Source: Bacteriovoracia bacterium (lineage in GTDB: Bacteria; Bdellovibrionota; Bacteriovoracia; Bacteriovoracales; Bacteriovoracaceae). Taken from it: a stretch of DNA of 64,000 bases. Of the stretch, positions 9,931 to 17,836 are shown in pieces. Where the stretch lies: assembly GCA_046570105.1 (NCBI GenBank), contig JBKHVI010000004.1, forward strand, positions 1 to 64,000, written 5' to 3'. How positions within the stretch are numbered: position 1 is the first letter of the stretch; every line of letters starts with the position of its first letter. The notes beneath the pieces are model-generated. The model was not told the origin of the DNA. It saw only the letters and a list, made by a program, of their open reading frames with translations, and searched no databases. The position numbers were made by a program, and so were the translations under genes.

Positions 9931-10884
9931 ATGAAAGTTGTAGAACACATCAATAATGCTAAATCATGCCTCTTCTCTTTTGAAATACTTCCTCCTCATG
10001 CAGGACAGAGTATTCAGACACTTTTTGATAATATCGCTCCCTTGATGGAGTTTAAACCCAAGTTCATTGATGTGACTTATCATCGTGAAGAATTCATTCT
10101 CAAAAAACGTAGTGCTGGTCTCTTAGAACAAAAAAGCATCCGTAAACGTCCAGGTACTGTGGCGATTTGTGCGGCTCTTATGCACAAATACGCGGTGGAT
10201 ACCGTTCCCCACATTATCTGTGGTGGATTTACACGTGAAGAAACTGAGTACGCACTTATCGATCTTAATTATCTTGGAATTGAAAACGTTTTGGCCTTAA
10301 GAGGAGACTCTATTAAAGGACAAAATGATTTTGAACCCACTCCAGGTGGTCATGCTTACGCTAGCGATCTAGTGAATCAAATTAAAGCGATGAACGGTGG
10401 TCACTATATCGATGAAGATCTAGAGAATGCGATTCCTACCAATTTTTGTATAGGTGTCGCTGGTTACCCTGAAAAGCATTTTGAAGCGGCTAACCTCACC
10501 ACAGACTTTAAGTGGCTCAAACACAAAGTTGAACTTGGGGCCAACTACATCGTGACTCAGATGTTCTTTGATAATAAAAAGTATCTCTCATTTGTTGAGC
10601 GCTGCAGAGCAGAAGGAATTAATGTTCCGGTGATTCCAGGGCTCAAGCCTTTGACGAGTAAGAAGCAAATTCAAATGCTCGCAAGCCGCTTCCATATCGA
10701 TATTCCAGAAGATCTCGCCGATGCGGTTGAAAAGTGCAAAGACGATAAGGCCGTACGCCAAGTAGGCGTTGAGTGGTCAATTGCTCAGTCTAAAGAACTG
10801 ATCAAATACAATGTTCCTTGCTTACATTTTTATTCAATGGGTAAAGCGACTGCGATTCAAGAAATTGCTGGGGCCTTGTTCTAA
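9931..10884 (+). CDS. metF: 5,10-methylenetetrahydrofolate reductase
   Basis: SFEILPP, DVTY, LALRGD, GVAGYPEKH, TQMFFD, LHFYSM. Confidence 0.96.
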   Translation: MKVVEHINNAKSCLFSFEILPPHAGQSIQTLFDNIAPLMEFKPKFIDVTYHREEFILKKRSAGLLEQKSIRKRPGTVAICAALMHKYAVDTVPHIICGGFTREETEYALIDLNYLGIENVLALRGDSIKGQNDFEPTPGGHAYASDLVNQIKAMNGGHYIDEDLENAIPTNFCIGVAGYPEKHFEAANLTTDFKWLKHKVELGANYIVTQMFFDNKKYLSFVERCRAEGINVPVIPGLKPLTSKKQIQMLASRFHIDIPEDLADAVEKCKDDKAVRQVGVEWSIAQSKELIKYNVPCLHFYSMGKATAIQEIAGALF

Positions 10885-11267
10885 GATTTTTTACAAGTGC
10901 CGCATGACTCTTCGTCCGCCTTCATTTTTTGGCGGACGTTCTCAACCTGTTGGTAAAAGAACTCGACGGTTTTTTTACCAACATCAGTTTCTAGCAACCA
11001 GGCGATTTTTCCAATACCCGGATAATGCTTAAGTAGTTCAGTTATAACTTCGCCACCCGTCAAGATGACACCGTCTTCCCTCAGGTAATGTACTCGCGCT
11101 GCACAAGCCTCGGGGGTGAGCTGAGGAAACTGTTGATATACCTCAGTTTGATCGAGTGAAACATAACTTAGACGCTGACTTCCATCTAAGCGCTCTAAAC
11201 TTTGCTTAAACCGCAAACACAGCGGGCAATTAGCATCGTATATAAGAAGCGGGGGTTTGAGTTCCAT
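10881..11267 (-). CDS. DCC1-like thiol-disulfide oxidoreductase (DUF393)
   Basis: N-terminal YDxxCPLC motif. Confidence 0.85.
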   Translation of the reverse strand: MELKPPLLIYDANCPLCLRFKQSLERLDGSQRLSYVSLDQTEVYQQFPQLTPEACAARVHYLREDGVILTGGEVITELLKHYPGIGKIAWLLETDVGKKTVEFFYQQVENVRQKMKADEESCGTCKKS

Positions 11268-11306
11268 TCTCTTGAGTATATCATGTTCAGCAAATAAGGA
11301 GAGGCC

Positions 11307-12872
11307 ATGTCGTTTTCACGTCGCGATTTCTTAAAAATTATGGGCGTCTCAGGTGCTGTCTGGCAGATTCCGACGGGAGTGCTGGCCCGCAATCCCTTCC
11401 AAGCTTCTCCATTTGTAACACCGAGCTTGAAAGGTATTTCACCCGACTTTCAAGATCGCTTACTAACGGCCCCAGGCCTTACTTGGCAAACCATTCTTTC
11501 TGAAGGCGATGAGCTTGGTCGCAAGATTAAATTCGGTGCCAATAATGATTATATCCAATTCTTCGAACTCACTGGCCCCGATCACGGCATCATGTGGGTC
11601 AATCATGAATACCTCACCCCTCTACTCTCATCAAAACCTGAACGGACTAAAGAAATTATCGACCAAGAAATGGATATGGTGGGTGGAAGCTTAGTTGAAA
11701 TTCGCCAGACGAGTGAGGGGTGGAGACCTGTCGTTGGTTCAGTCTACAATCGTCGCATCACAGGCAAAACAGTGATCCCTTTTAGTGGTGGCAAAACCAT
11801 CTTAGGAAAATCTGAAGCTGTGGGTACACTGGCCAACTGCGCTGGCGGAAGAACTCCATGGGGAACTCTGCTGACTTGTGAAGAAAACTACGATGGCTTC
11901 TACGGCGAAACAGATCGTAAAACAGGCAAACACACTCCTGCTGAATATTTAAAATGGGATAACTTCTATAATCATCCACCTGAGCATTATGGCTGGGTGG
12001 TCGAAGTTGAACCTAAAACGGGCAAAGCAAAAAAACATATTGGCCTTGGAAGATTTGCGCACGAGTGTGCCACTGTTCGTCTTGCTCGTGATGGCCGTCC
12101 GGTTGTTTACAGTGGTGATGATGCTGCTGATGAGCACTTATATAAATTTATTTCGAAGAAGAAAGACTCTCTTGAAGAAGGAACTCTTTATGTCGCCAAT
12201 ACAACAAAAGGAATTTGGATTCCCTTGGTGCACTCAGATTCACGCCTAAAAAAAGTTTTCAAAGATCAAACCGAGATTCTGATTAATTGTCGAGAAGCTG
12301 CTAAACTCGTTGGAGCGACTCCACTTGATCGCCCTGAAGATATTGAGATCGATCCTTATAAAGGTGATGTGTTAGTTGCATGTACCAACAATAAGGCCGC
12401 CCTAAGACCGCATGGCTCAATCTTAAAAATTCGTGAAAAAAATAATAACCCGCTTTCCCTCAATTTTACCTCTGAAACGTTCCTCACTGGCGGTGAAGCA
12501 GGCGGCTTTGCTTGTCCTGACAATATGGCCTTCGACCCTCGCGGAAATCTTTGGTTCACAACCGATATGAGTGGCTGGGATATGCATAAAGGCCCGCTTT
12601 TAAACTTTGGAAATAATGGATTATTTGTTGTGATGAGGCAGGGCCCAACAGCAGGAATCCCCATTCAAATGGCTTCGGCACCTATGGATGCCGAATTTAC
12701 TGGCCCACTTTTTTCTCCTGATGGAAAAACTCTCTTCTTATCTGTTCAACATCCTGGTGAAACGTCTACTGATCTCACTAAGCTCACAAGTACTTGGCCT
12801 AATGGAAAATTCCCGCGTTCAAGCGTGATTGCTCTAAGTGGACAACTTTTGAGTCAAATTACAGGAGCCTAA
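11307..12872 (+). CDS. phoX: Tat-exported PhoX family alkaline phosphatase
   Basis: SRRDFLK Tat motif; VNHEY, GT.ANCAGG.TPWGT.LTCEEN, GRFAHE, DRPED, PDN, EFTG, VQHPGE. Confidence 0.92.
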   Translation: MSFSRRDFLKIMGVSGAVWQIPTGVLARNPFQASPFVTPSLKGISPDFQDRLLTAPGLTWQTILSEGDELGRKIKFGANNDYIQFFELTGPDHGIMWVNHEYLTPLLSSKPERTKEIIDQEMDMVGGSLVEIRQTSEGWRPVVGSVYNRRITGKTVIPFSGGKTILGKSEAVGTLANCAGGRTPWGTLLTCEENYDGFYGETDRKTGKHTPAEYLKWDNFYNHPPEHYGWVVEVEPKTGKAKKHIGLGRFAHECATVRLARDGRPVVYSGDDAADEHLYKFISKKKDSLEEGTLYVANTTKGIWIPLVHSDSRLKKVFKDQTEILINCREAAKLVGATPLDRPEDIEIDPYKGDVLVACTNNKAALRPHGSILKIREKNNNPLSLNFTSETFLTGGEAGGFACPDNMAFDPRGNLWFTTDMSGWDMHKGPLLNFGNNGLFVVMRQGPTAGIPIQMASAPMDAEFTGPLFSPDGKTLFLSVQHPGETSTDLTKLTSTWPNGKFPRSSVIALSGQLLSQITGA

Positions 12873-12873
12873 A

Positions 12874-13182
12874 TTGGATTCACACAGCAAAAATCTCAAG
12901 GCCCATCTGTTTATTTGTACCAACACAAAAGCTGATGGCTCGGGCTGTGGCCCTCTTAAAGCTAGTCAATTAGTAGATGAGCTCAAACCGTGGATCAAAG
13001 AAAATGGGCTTAAGGAGCATTTAAAAGTCACTCGCTCGGGCTGTTTAGGCCATTGCCAAGAGGGTGTGGCCGCCGTTTGCTACCCTCAAAACCAGTGGTT
13101 CACAAAGTTGGCAGTGACCGATGGAAATCAGTTAAAAGAGCTGCTTAAATCGCAGCTTGCTGACTCAAAGTCCGCACTTTAG
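12874..13182 (+). CDS. Thioredoxin-like (2Fe-2S) ferredoxin
   Basis: FICTN...GCG...SGCLGHC..G..A..YP...W. Confidence 0.85.
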   Translation: MDSHSKNLKAHLFICTNTKADGSGCGPLKASQLVDELKPWIKENGLKEHLKVTRSGCLGHCQEGVAAVCYPQNQWFTKLAVTDGNQLKELLKSQLADSKSAL

Positions 13183-13266
13183 GTCTGTAAATCCTACACT
13201 TCACCCCAGAAAAATTCTTTAAACCCTTAGCATAAACGCATCTGAACTTCTTTTAAGGATGCGCTT

Positions 13267-13986
13267 ATGTTGAAGGCCCTACTTTGCTACGTTTTGCTTA
13301 CAGCTGCAGCACTTGCAAATTCTAATACTCTTACTCCCGGTCTTCGCGCCGGTGTTTATGATGGTCAATCACGTGACATTAAAATGTTCGTGCGCGATCT
13401 TCCAGGCCGCGACGGAAGTTTTCTCGCCTTGATCATTAAAGACGGCGAAAAAGCCGTGCCTTACTTGGTGGATGAATTCGCCATCGGCCGTTACGGTTTC
13501 ATTCCACTTTATAATCAAAAAAATCTCATCGGTGCTTCCAACTACACACCATCACTGACTGCGAGTGTGATCGTGGAAGGTTCAAAGTTGCGCATCAATA
13601 TGGCACCGAACCCAGGTAATAACGTCGGCTTCAATATCGCGAAAGTTTTCAAATCAACAAAAGAAAGATCACCTTGGTTGCCGAACACGCCAGGAACTTA
13701 CTCATATAAAGGTGCCAAAAAGAGCACGACGCTTTCTCCGCCAGACGCAAACCGTGAATCACAACTCACCATCTCTGCTGGTAATATGGCAGGCAGCTAC
13801 GTGCTTCGCGAAGTTCGCCCAGGCATGCACCTCGCTTTCAAGAGCACACTGACAACAACGGGCGTAGAAGTAGTAGAAGAATCACGCTACGTGGTGGTGT
13901 TCTTGCGCGGCTGTTTCAGCTGGAGCGACAAGATGGTGTTTATCGACACCTCGAACTGGTCAATGAAAGAGTTCACTCATCACTAG
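13267..13986 (+). CDS. Secreted hypothetical protein
   Basis: Signal peptide (AALA-NS); AAGGA SD; beta-rich; no family recognised. Confidence 0.7.
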   Translation: MLKALLCYVLLTAAALANSNTLTPGLRAGVYDGQSRDIKMFVRDLPGRDGSFLALIIKDGEKAVPYLVDEFAIGRYGFIPLYNQKNLIGASNYTPSLTASVIVEGSKLRINMAPNPGNNVGFNIAKVFKSTKERSPWLPNTPGTYSYKGAKKSTTLSPPDANRESQLTISAGNMAGSYVLREVRPGMHLAFKSTLTTTGVEVVEESRYVVVFLRGCFSWSDKMVFIDTSNWSMKEFTHH

Positions 13987-14010
13987 AATTAAAGATTTTT
14001 TGAGCTATAT

Positions 14011-14312
14011 ATGAAAAAGTTAATTATCCCGGCACTGTTTTTCACTCTGAGCTTCAGCGCCATCGCCAATGTGGAGATTCCACGCATATCAGCGCCAGCG
14101 GAACTAATAACACCGACTGTTCGTCAAACGTTACATGTAATGACGGAAGACATTATGCGGAATTCGTTCGCTGTGAAACTTCTTCGAACGGCAGAAACTT
14201 TAGTCACAATACGCGCAACAGAGATCATTCATATCAAACGGCTGTTAATGCCTGCCAAGCTAACAGCGGTACTAACAATGCCGAATGTGCTGCAAATATT
14301 TATTGTCCATAA
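14011..14312 (+). pseudogene. Frame-disrupted secreted Cys-rich repeat protein
   Basis: Signal peptide in one frame; repeats SGTNNTDCSSNVTC / SGTNNAECAANIYC in the -1 frame, ending at TAA 14310-14312 just before the terminator. Confidence 0.65.
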
Positions 14313-14315
14313 TAA

Positions 14316-14344
14316 GAAGGGGCCCATAAGGGCCCCTTTCTTTT
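14316..14344. terminator. Bidirectional intrinsic terminator
   Basis: aaggggccc-ataa-gggcccctt followed by tctttt; between convergent genes. Confidence 0.85.
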
Positions 14345-15695
14345 ACATCTTAATAAGATCTTTTTGAATTTTGACAGCTCTGGTATCAAGTACACGAGCA
14401 CTTTGGCGATAAACCAGTTCATAATCGCCCACTAACAAGACAAGATGATAGGTTCCATCCGGGTTCACACGGTAGGTTTGAATCGACTTACCCTTAGAAT
14501 CTTTAACTTCAATTTCTGAAGCTTCAGTCACACCACGAACGCCAGAGGCCAGGGCCCGATCAAGCAAGAGTTGCCATCCTACGCGATTTTTTTCAACAGT
14601 AACATCACGCCATTGAGCATAGTCAGGATGAAAACCGCCATGTCTAGATGAATTAACTTCAATCACGTACGGGATGACTTGCATCTCTTGGTAGAGCCAG
14701 TCGATATCTCCCCCATCAGCATTGTAGAGAAGTTCCCAAGGAGTTCCAGTGCTGTAATTTAGAAGACGGCCCATCTCGCGGCCAATTCCTTCGACGACTT
14801 CAGCTGTTTGCGCACGATGAGGACGACATCCGTATGGATAGAGCACCATCTCACTGTAAGCATGGTAAGAAATACTGAATACCGGACGAATCTCTTTTAC
14901 AAAATTCATCATAACAAGAGTTTCAGGCTCTGAGGCAGCAGCTGGTCCACGGTACGTTTGCGACCATGTACTTCCGCTTGATCCGTTGCATGCATTCCAA
15001 TTCGTAGGATAGTTCCGATTAAGATCTACACCGTGACCGCCGCGCATGTTCTTGCGCCACATGGAATCCTTCGTCCAAACGTAGTTATTTCCATCGACGT
15101 TGAACATTGGGACGACCCAGACTTCCGTCTCATCCACCCAACGGCGAACTTTCTCATCACTATTATAACGAGTCACCAAGTAGTCGATGATATCCATCGA
15201 AACTTCAGGAGTCATGATCTCACGAGCATGGTGCATGCTATTGTAGAATACAGTCGGCTCGTCTTTTTCATGCGTGCCGACATTATCTGAAATCTTCACG
15301 GCCCAGATTGGACGTTTTTCAAGTGATTCACCGATCTTTTTCAATTGAACAAGCTGCGGATAAGATTGAGCATACTCAATCAAGCGAGCTTCAATTTTTT
15401 GGGGGTTCATATACTCAGGATCTGGACCACGAAGAACAGACTGAGGAACACTAAAAGCCAGATCAGCTTTCGCCTCAATAAGAAGATCTAGTTCTTTTTG
15501 TGTAACCAGTGCTTCAATTTGTTTTTTTCTGTGATCTACACCCGTCACATCTAAATCATGTGAATGGAGAAGTACTTTGATTCTTTCCGTATCAGGAAAG
15601 CTAACAAAAAAACGATCGCTGGGGGTTTCGTGGGCCTGTGCCACAGTGTATGCCAGCGCAGCGATAAGCAGCGCTAAGGCCGTTCTTGAATTCAT
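14343..15695 (-). CDS. Secreted M14 zinc carboxypeptidase (carboxypeptidase T-like)
   Basis: Signal peptide; HHARE, NVDG, RKN, GVDLNRNY, SEPET, SYHAYS, IE motifs. Confidence 0.92.
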   Translation of the reverse strand: MNSRTALALLIAALAYTVAQAHETPSDRFFVSFPDTERIKVLLHSHDLDVTGVDHRKKQIEALVTQKELDLLIEAKADLAFSVPQSVLRGPDPEYMNPQKIEARLIEYAQSYPQLVQLKKIGESLEKRPIWAVKISDNVGTHEKDEPTVFYNSMHHAREIMTPEVSMDIIDYLVTRYNSDEKVRRWVDETEVWVVPMFNVDGNNYVWTKDSMWRKNMRGGHGVDLNRNYPTNWNACNGSSGSTWSQTYRGPAAASEPETLVMMNFVKEIRPVFSISYHAYSEMVLYPYGCRPHRAQTAEVVEGIGREMGRLLNYSTGTPWELLYNADGGDIDWLYQEMQVIPYVIEVNSSRHGGFHPDYAQWRDVTVEKNRVGWQLLLDRALASGVRGVTEASEIEVKDSKGKSIQTYRVNPDGTYHLVLLVGDYELVYRQSARVLDTRAVKIQKDLIKM

Positions 15696-15807
15696 TGCTC
15701 CATCCTTGGTTCAATTGATTCATATCAGTCCACCAGGGAACTGTAAGAGAGTCAAAGCTGATTAAGGAATTGAGAGGAAATGTTAGCTGGTTATCCGAGT
15801 GAACTAA

Positions 15808-17106
15808 TCAAGACACTGCTTGAATCTGAACGCGATCTGGGTAAAGGCGATTAAGTTCTTTAATATAGACTTCCGCCTTATCCTTCATGCCTTCCTTCAC
15901 CATCGCATCAACCATGACCTTTAAGCAGTTGTAGTCCCTAATATTGCGATTATAAAGTTCAATACCATGCTTAATCGCGCCACCAGCATCGGCCTGTGAT
16001 GAGTAGTACTTAATAAGGTATTCGCTAACGACATAGTCTTCGCCATCCATTGAACCAGCTGGAAAACGTGCCATATATTTCTCTGCATCGGATGTATGCT
16101 TATGCTCAACAAGAGTAGAAACAATAGCGCGCAAGAATTTAGAAAATTCAGAACACGAAACTGCAATCTTTTCAAAAAGTAAAAGCGCTTTATTGGCCTG
16201 ACCTTCTAGCATATACCATTTGCCAGCGACATATAGACCAGCACCGATATAGTTAATCAACTCTGCATTACGTTCATCGAGCTGAGTAAATATCTCGTAA
16301 TAGCTTTCCATATCTTCATAATTCTCAGTCACAATAGCGAGACGGATAATTTGTGTTAAGCGATCAGGATTTGCTGGAAAGTACTTCGCTACTTTTTTTA
16401 CTACTTGATAGGCTTCTACGTACTTTTTGTCCTTCATGAAGACTTCATAAAGACCAACTAAGCATTTAAAGTGAATCGAGTTGTAAGAAAGACCTTGGTT
16501 ATATTTACCAACCGCCTGACTCTGCTCAGTCATGAGATACTGAGTTTGCCCCATATAAAAGAGCGCCAACGAAGGGCGCTGATGCATCGGGAGTGCCGCC
16601 TCAAAGACACCTAGGGCTTTTCGATAGTCCCCCGCTTCAAGCAAGGCCTTACCTTCTTCAATCTTAACAATATAAGCCGAGGGCTGGATCTTTGTTGAGA
16701 TAGTTGAAAGCAAGTTCTCTTGAATTGATTGAAGCGTGTAAGGCTTAATAATAAAACTATCGACATCTTCTTCTGCAGCTTTCGCGACAGCAGTTTGAGA
16801 AATATTTGAAGTAACAAGTATCAAGCAAAGTTTTTTATTTTCTGGACTAATGCTCGATCTCACCATCTTGAACAAATCAAAACCCGAGCCACCTGATACA
16901 AAATAGTCAGAAAGCACAAGTCCGATCGTATTTGATTTAAGAATGACCTCGGCTTCAGACATTGAACCGGCCGTATGAATCATGTGGCGCTTCGTTCCAA
17001 GATCTACCATCACCTTTAGCAGACGATTGCGTGAGCTACTATTCTTATCTACGATAAGAACAGAATACTGACTGAGGTAATCTTGGACTAACTGCTTTTT
17101 ATCCAC
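15808..17106 (-). CDS. Response regulator receiver plus TPR protein
   Basis: LIVD..LVLSD..VTS..FIIKP receiver with acceptor Asp and conserved Lys; C-terminal TPR-like helices. Confidence 0.8.
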   Translation of the reverse strand: MDKKQLVQDYLSQYSVLIVDKNSSSRNRLLKVMVDLGTKRHMIHTAGSMSEAEVILKSNTIGLVLSDYFVSGGSGFDLFKMVRSSISPENKKLCLILVTSNISQTAVAKAAEEDVDSFIIKPYTLQSIQENLLSTISTKIQPSAYIVKIEEGKALLEAGDYRKALGVFEAALPMHQRPSLALFYMGQTQYLMTEQSQAVGKYNQGLSYNSIHFKCLVGLYEVFMKDKKYVEAYQVVKKVAKYFPANPDRLTQIIRLAIVTENYEDMESYYEIFTQLDERNAELINYIGAGLYVAGKWYMLEGQANKALLLFEKIAVSCSEFSKFLRAIVSTLVEHKHTSDAEKYMARFPAGSMDGEDYVVSEYLIKYYSSQADAGGAIKHGIELYNRNIRDYNCLKVMVDAMVKEGMKDKAEVYIKELNRLYPDRVQIQAVS

Positions 17107-17107
17107 T

Positions 17108-17836
17108 TCACTTCCCCGAACTTGCTAACAAAAAATTGTTAATAGAACTCTGGCGCTTGTTCAACAAATCTATCAAATGTCCCCATCTATCTTTGTCTCG
17201 GAAAAGTACTTTTACCCTAAAATTCTCCCCTTCTTTCGCTTTTTGATCAATGCGTACCGCAAAGCGATGAATTTCTAGCTCAGGTATAAAAATACTTAGG
17301 GAGTAGGTCTGAAATTCATCATCAATTTCGTTATTCTGAGCGATGAGACCGTCCTCAAAGAACTCAGAAACTTCGATTTGATAGGTATTATTTGCATTTT
17401 GGAGCAGTATACGAATCTGGCTTTGACTAGAAGACTCGTTTAATCTCTGAAGATGCTTTCGTGCATCATAGAGAAAAGAACCAATTTCTTGAGTAACAAG
17501 ATCAACACTAATTGGCAGAGTAAAAAATTTTAACACACCTCTTGCAGACAATACATTTGGATGAACTGACTGCTTGGTGCCATATACAAAGAGCAAAGGA
17601 GGATTTTTACTTGTATTGCGACTCGCATCGTAAGCGACAACTTCTCCCATGCCAGACAAAAAGAAAACATCACACAAAATAATATCAATATCCCAGCGAT
17701 GCTGTAGCGCAAGCGCTTGCACATGATCATTAGCGATATAAATATTGCCGCCACCTTGCTTAAAGCTTTGCACTAGGTCGCGAGATCCTTCTTCTGCTTT
17801 CTCTATAATTAGAACATTATGACCCGCAAGCTTCAT
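17108..17836 (-). CDS. Atypical receiver-domain protein with C-terminal beta (PilZ-like?) domain
   Basis: VLIIE..DIILCD receiver-like N-terminus lacking the KP Lys; C-terminal RQSSINNF..SSGK tail. Confidence 0.6.
   Translation of the reverse strand: MKLAGHNVLIIEKAEEGSRDLVQSFKQGGGNIYIANDHVQALALQHRWDIDIILCDVFFLSGMGEVVAYDASRNTSKNPPLLFVYGTKQSVHPNVLSARGVLKFFTLPISVDLVTQEIGSFLYDARKHLQRLNESSSQSQIRILLQNANNTYQIEVSEFFEDGLIAQNNEIDDEFQTYSLSIFIPELEIHRFAVRIDQKAKEGENFRVKVLFRDKDRWGHLIDLLNKRQSSINNFLLASSGK

Noticed and set aside
13187..13199. TGTAAA-N-TTTACA-like palindrome upstream of secreted genes (also 53918-53930)
   Set aside because: Two imperfect AT-rich matches; not distinguishable from chance without genome-wide statistics
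14076..14367. C-terminal part of the tracked 118-aa ORF
   Set aside because: Runs through a strong terminator into the convergent gene; the alternative frame carries the repeat signal
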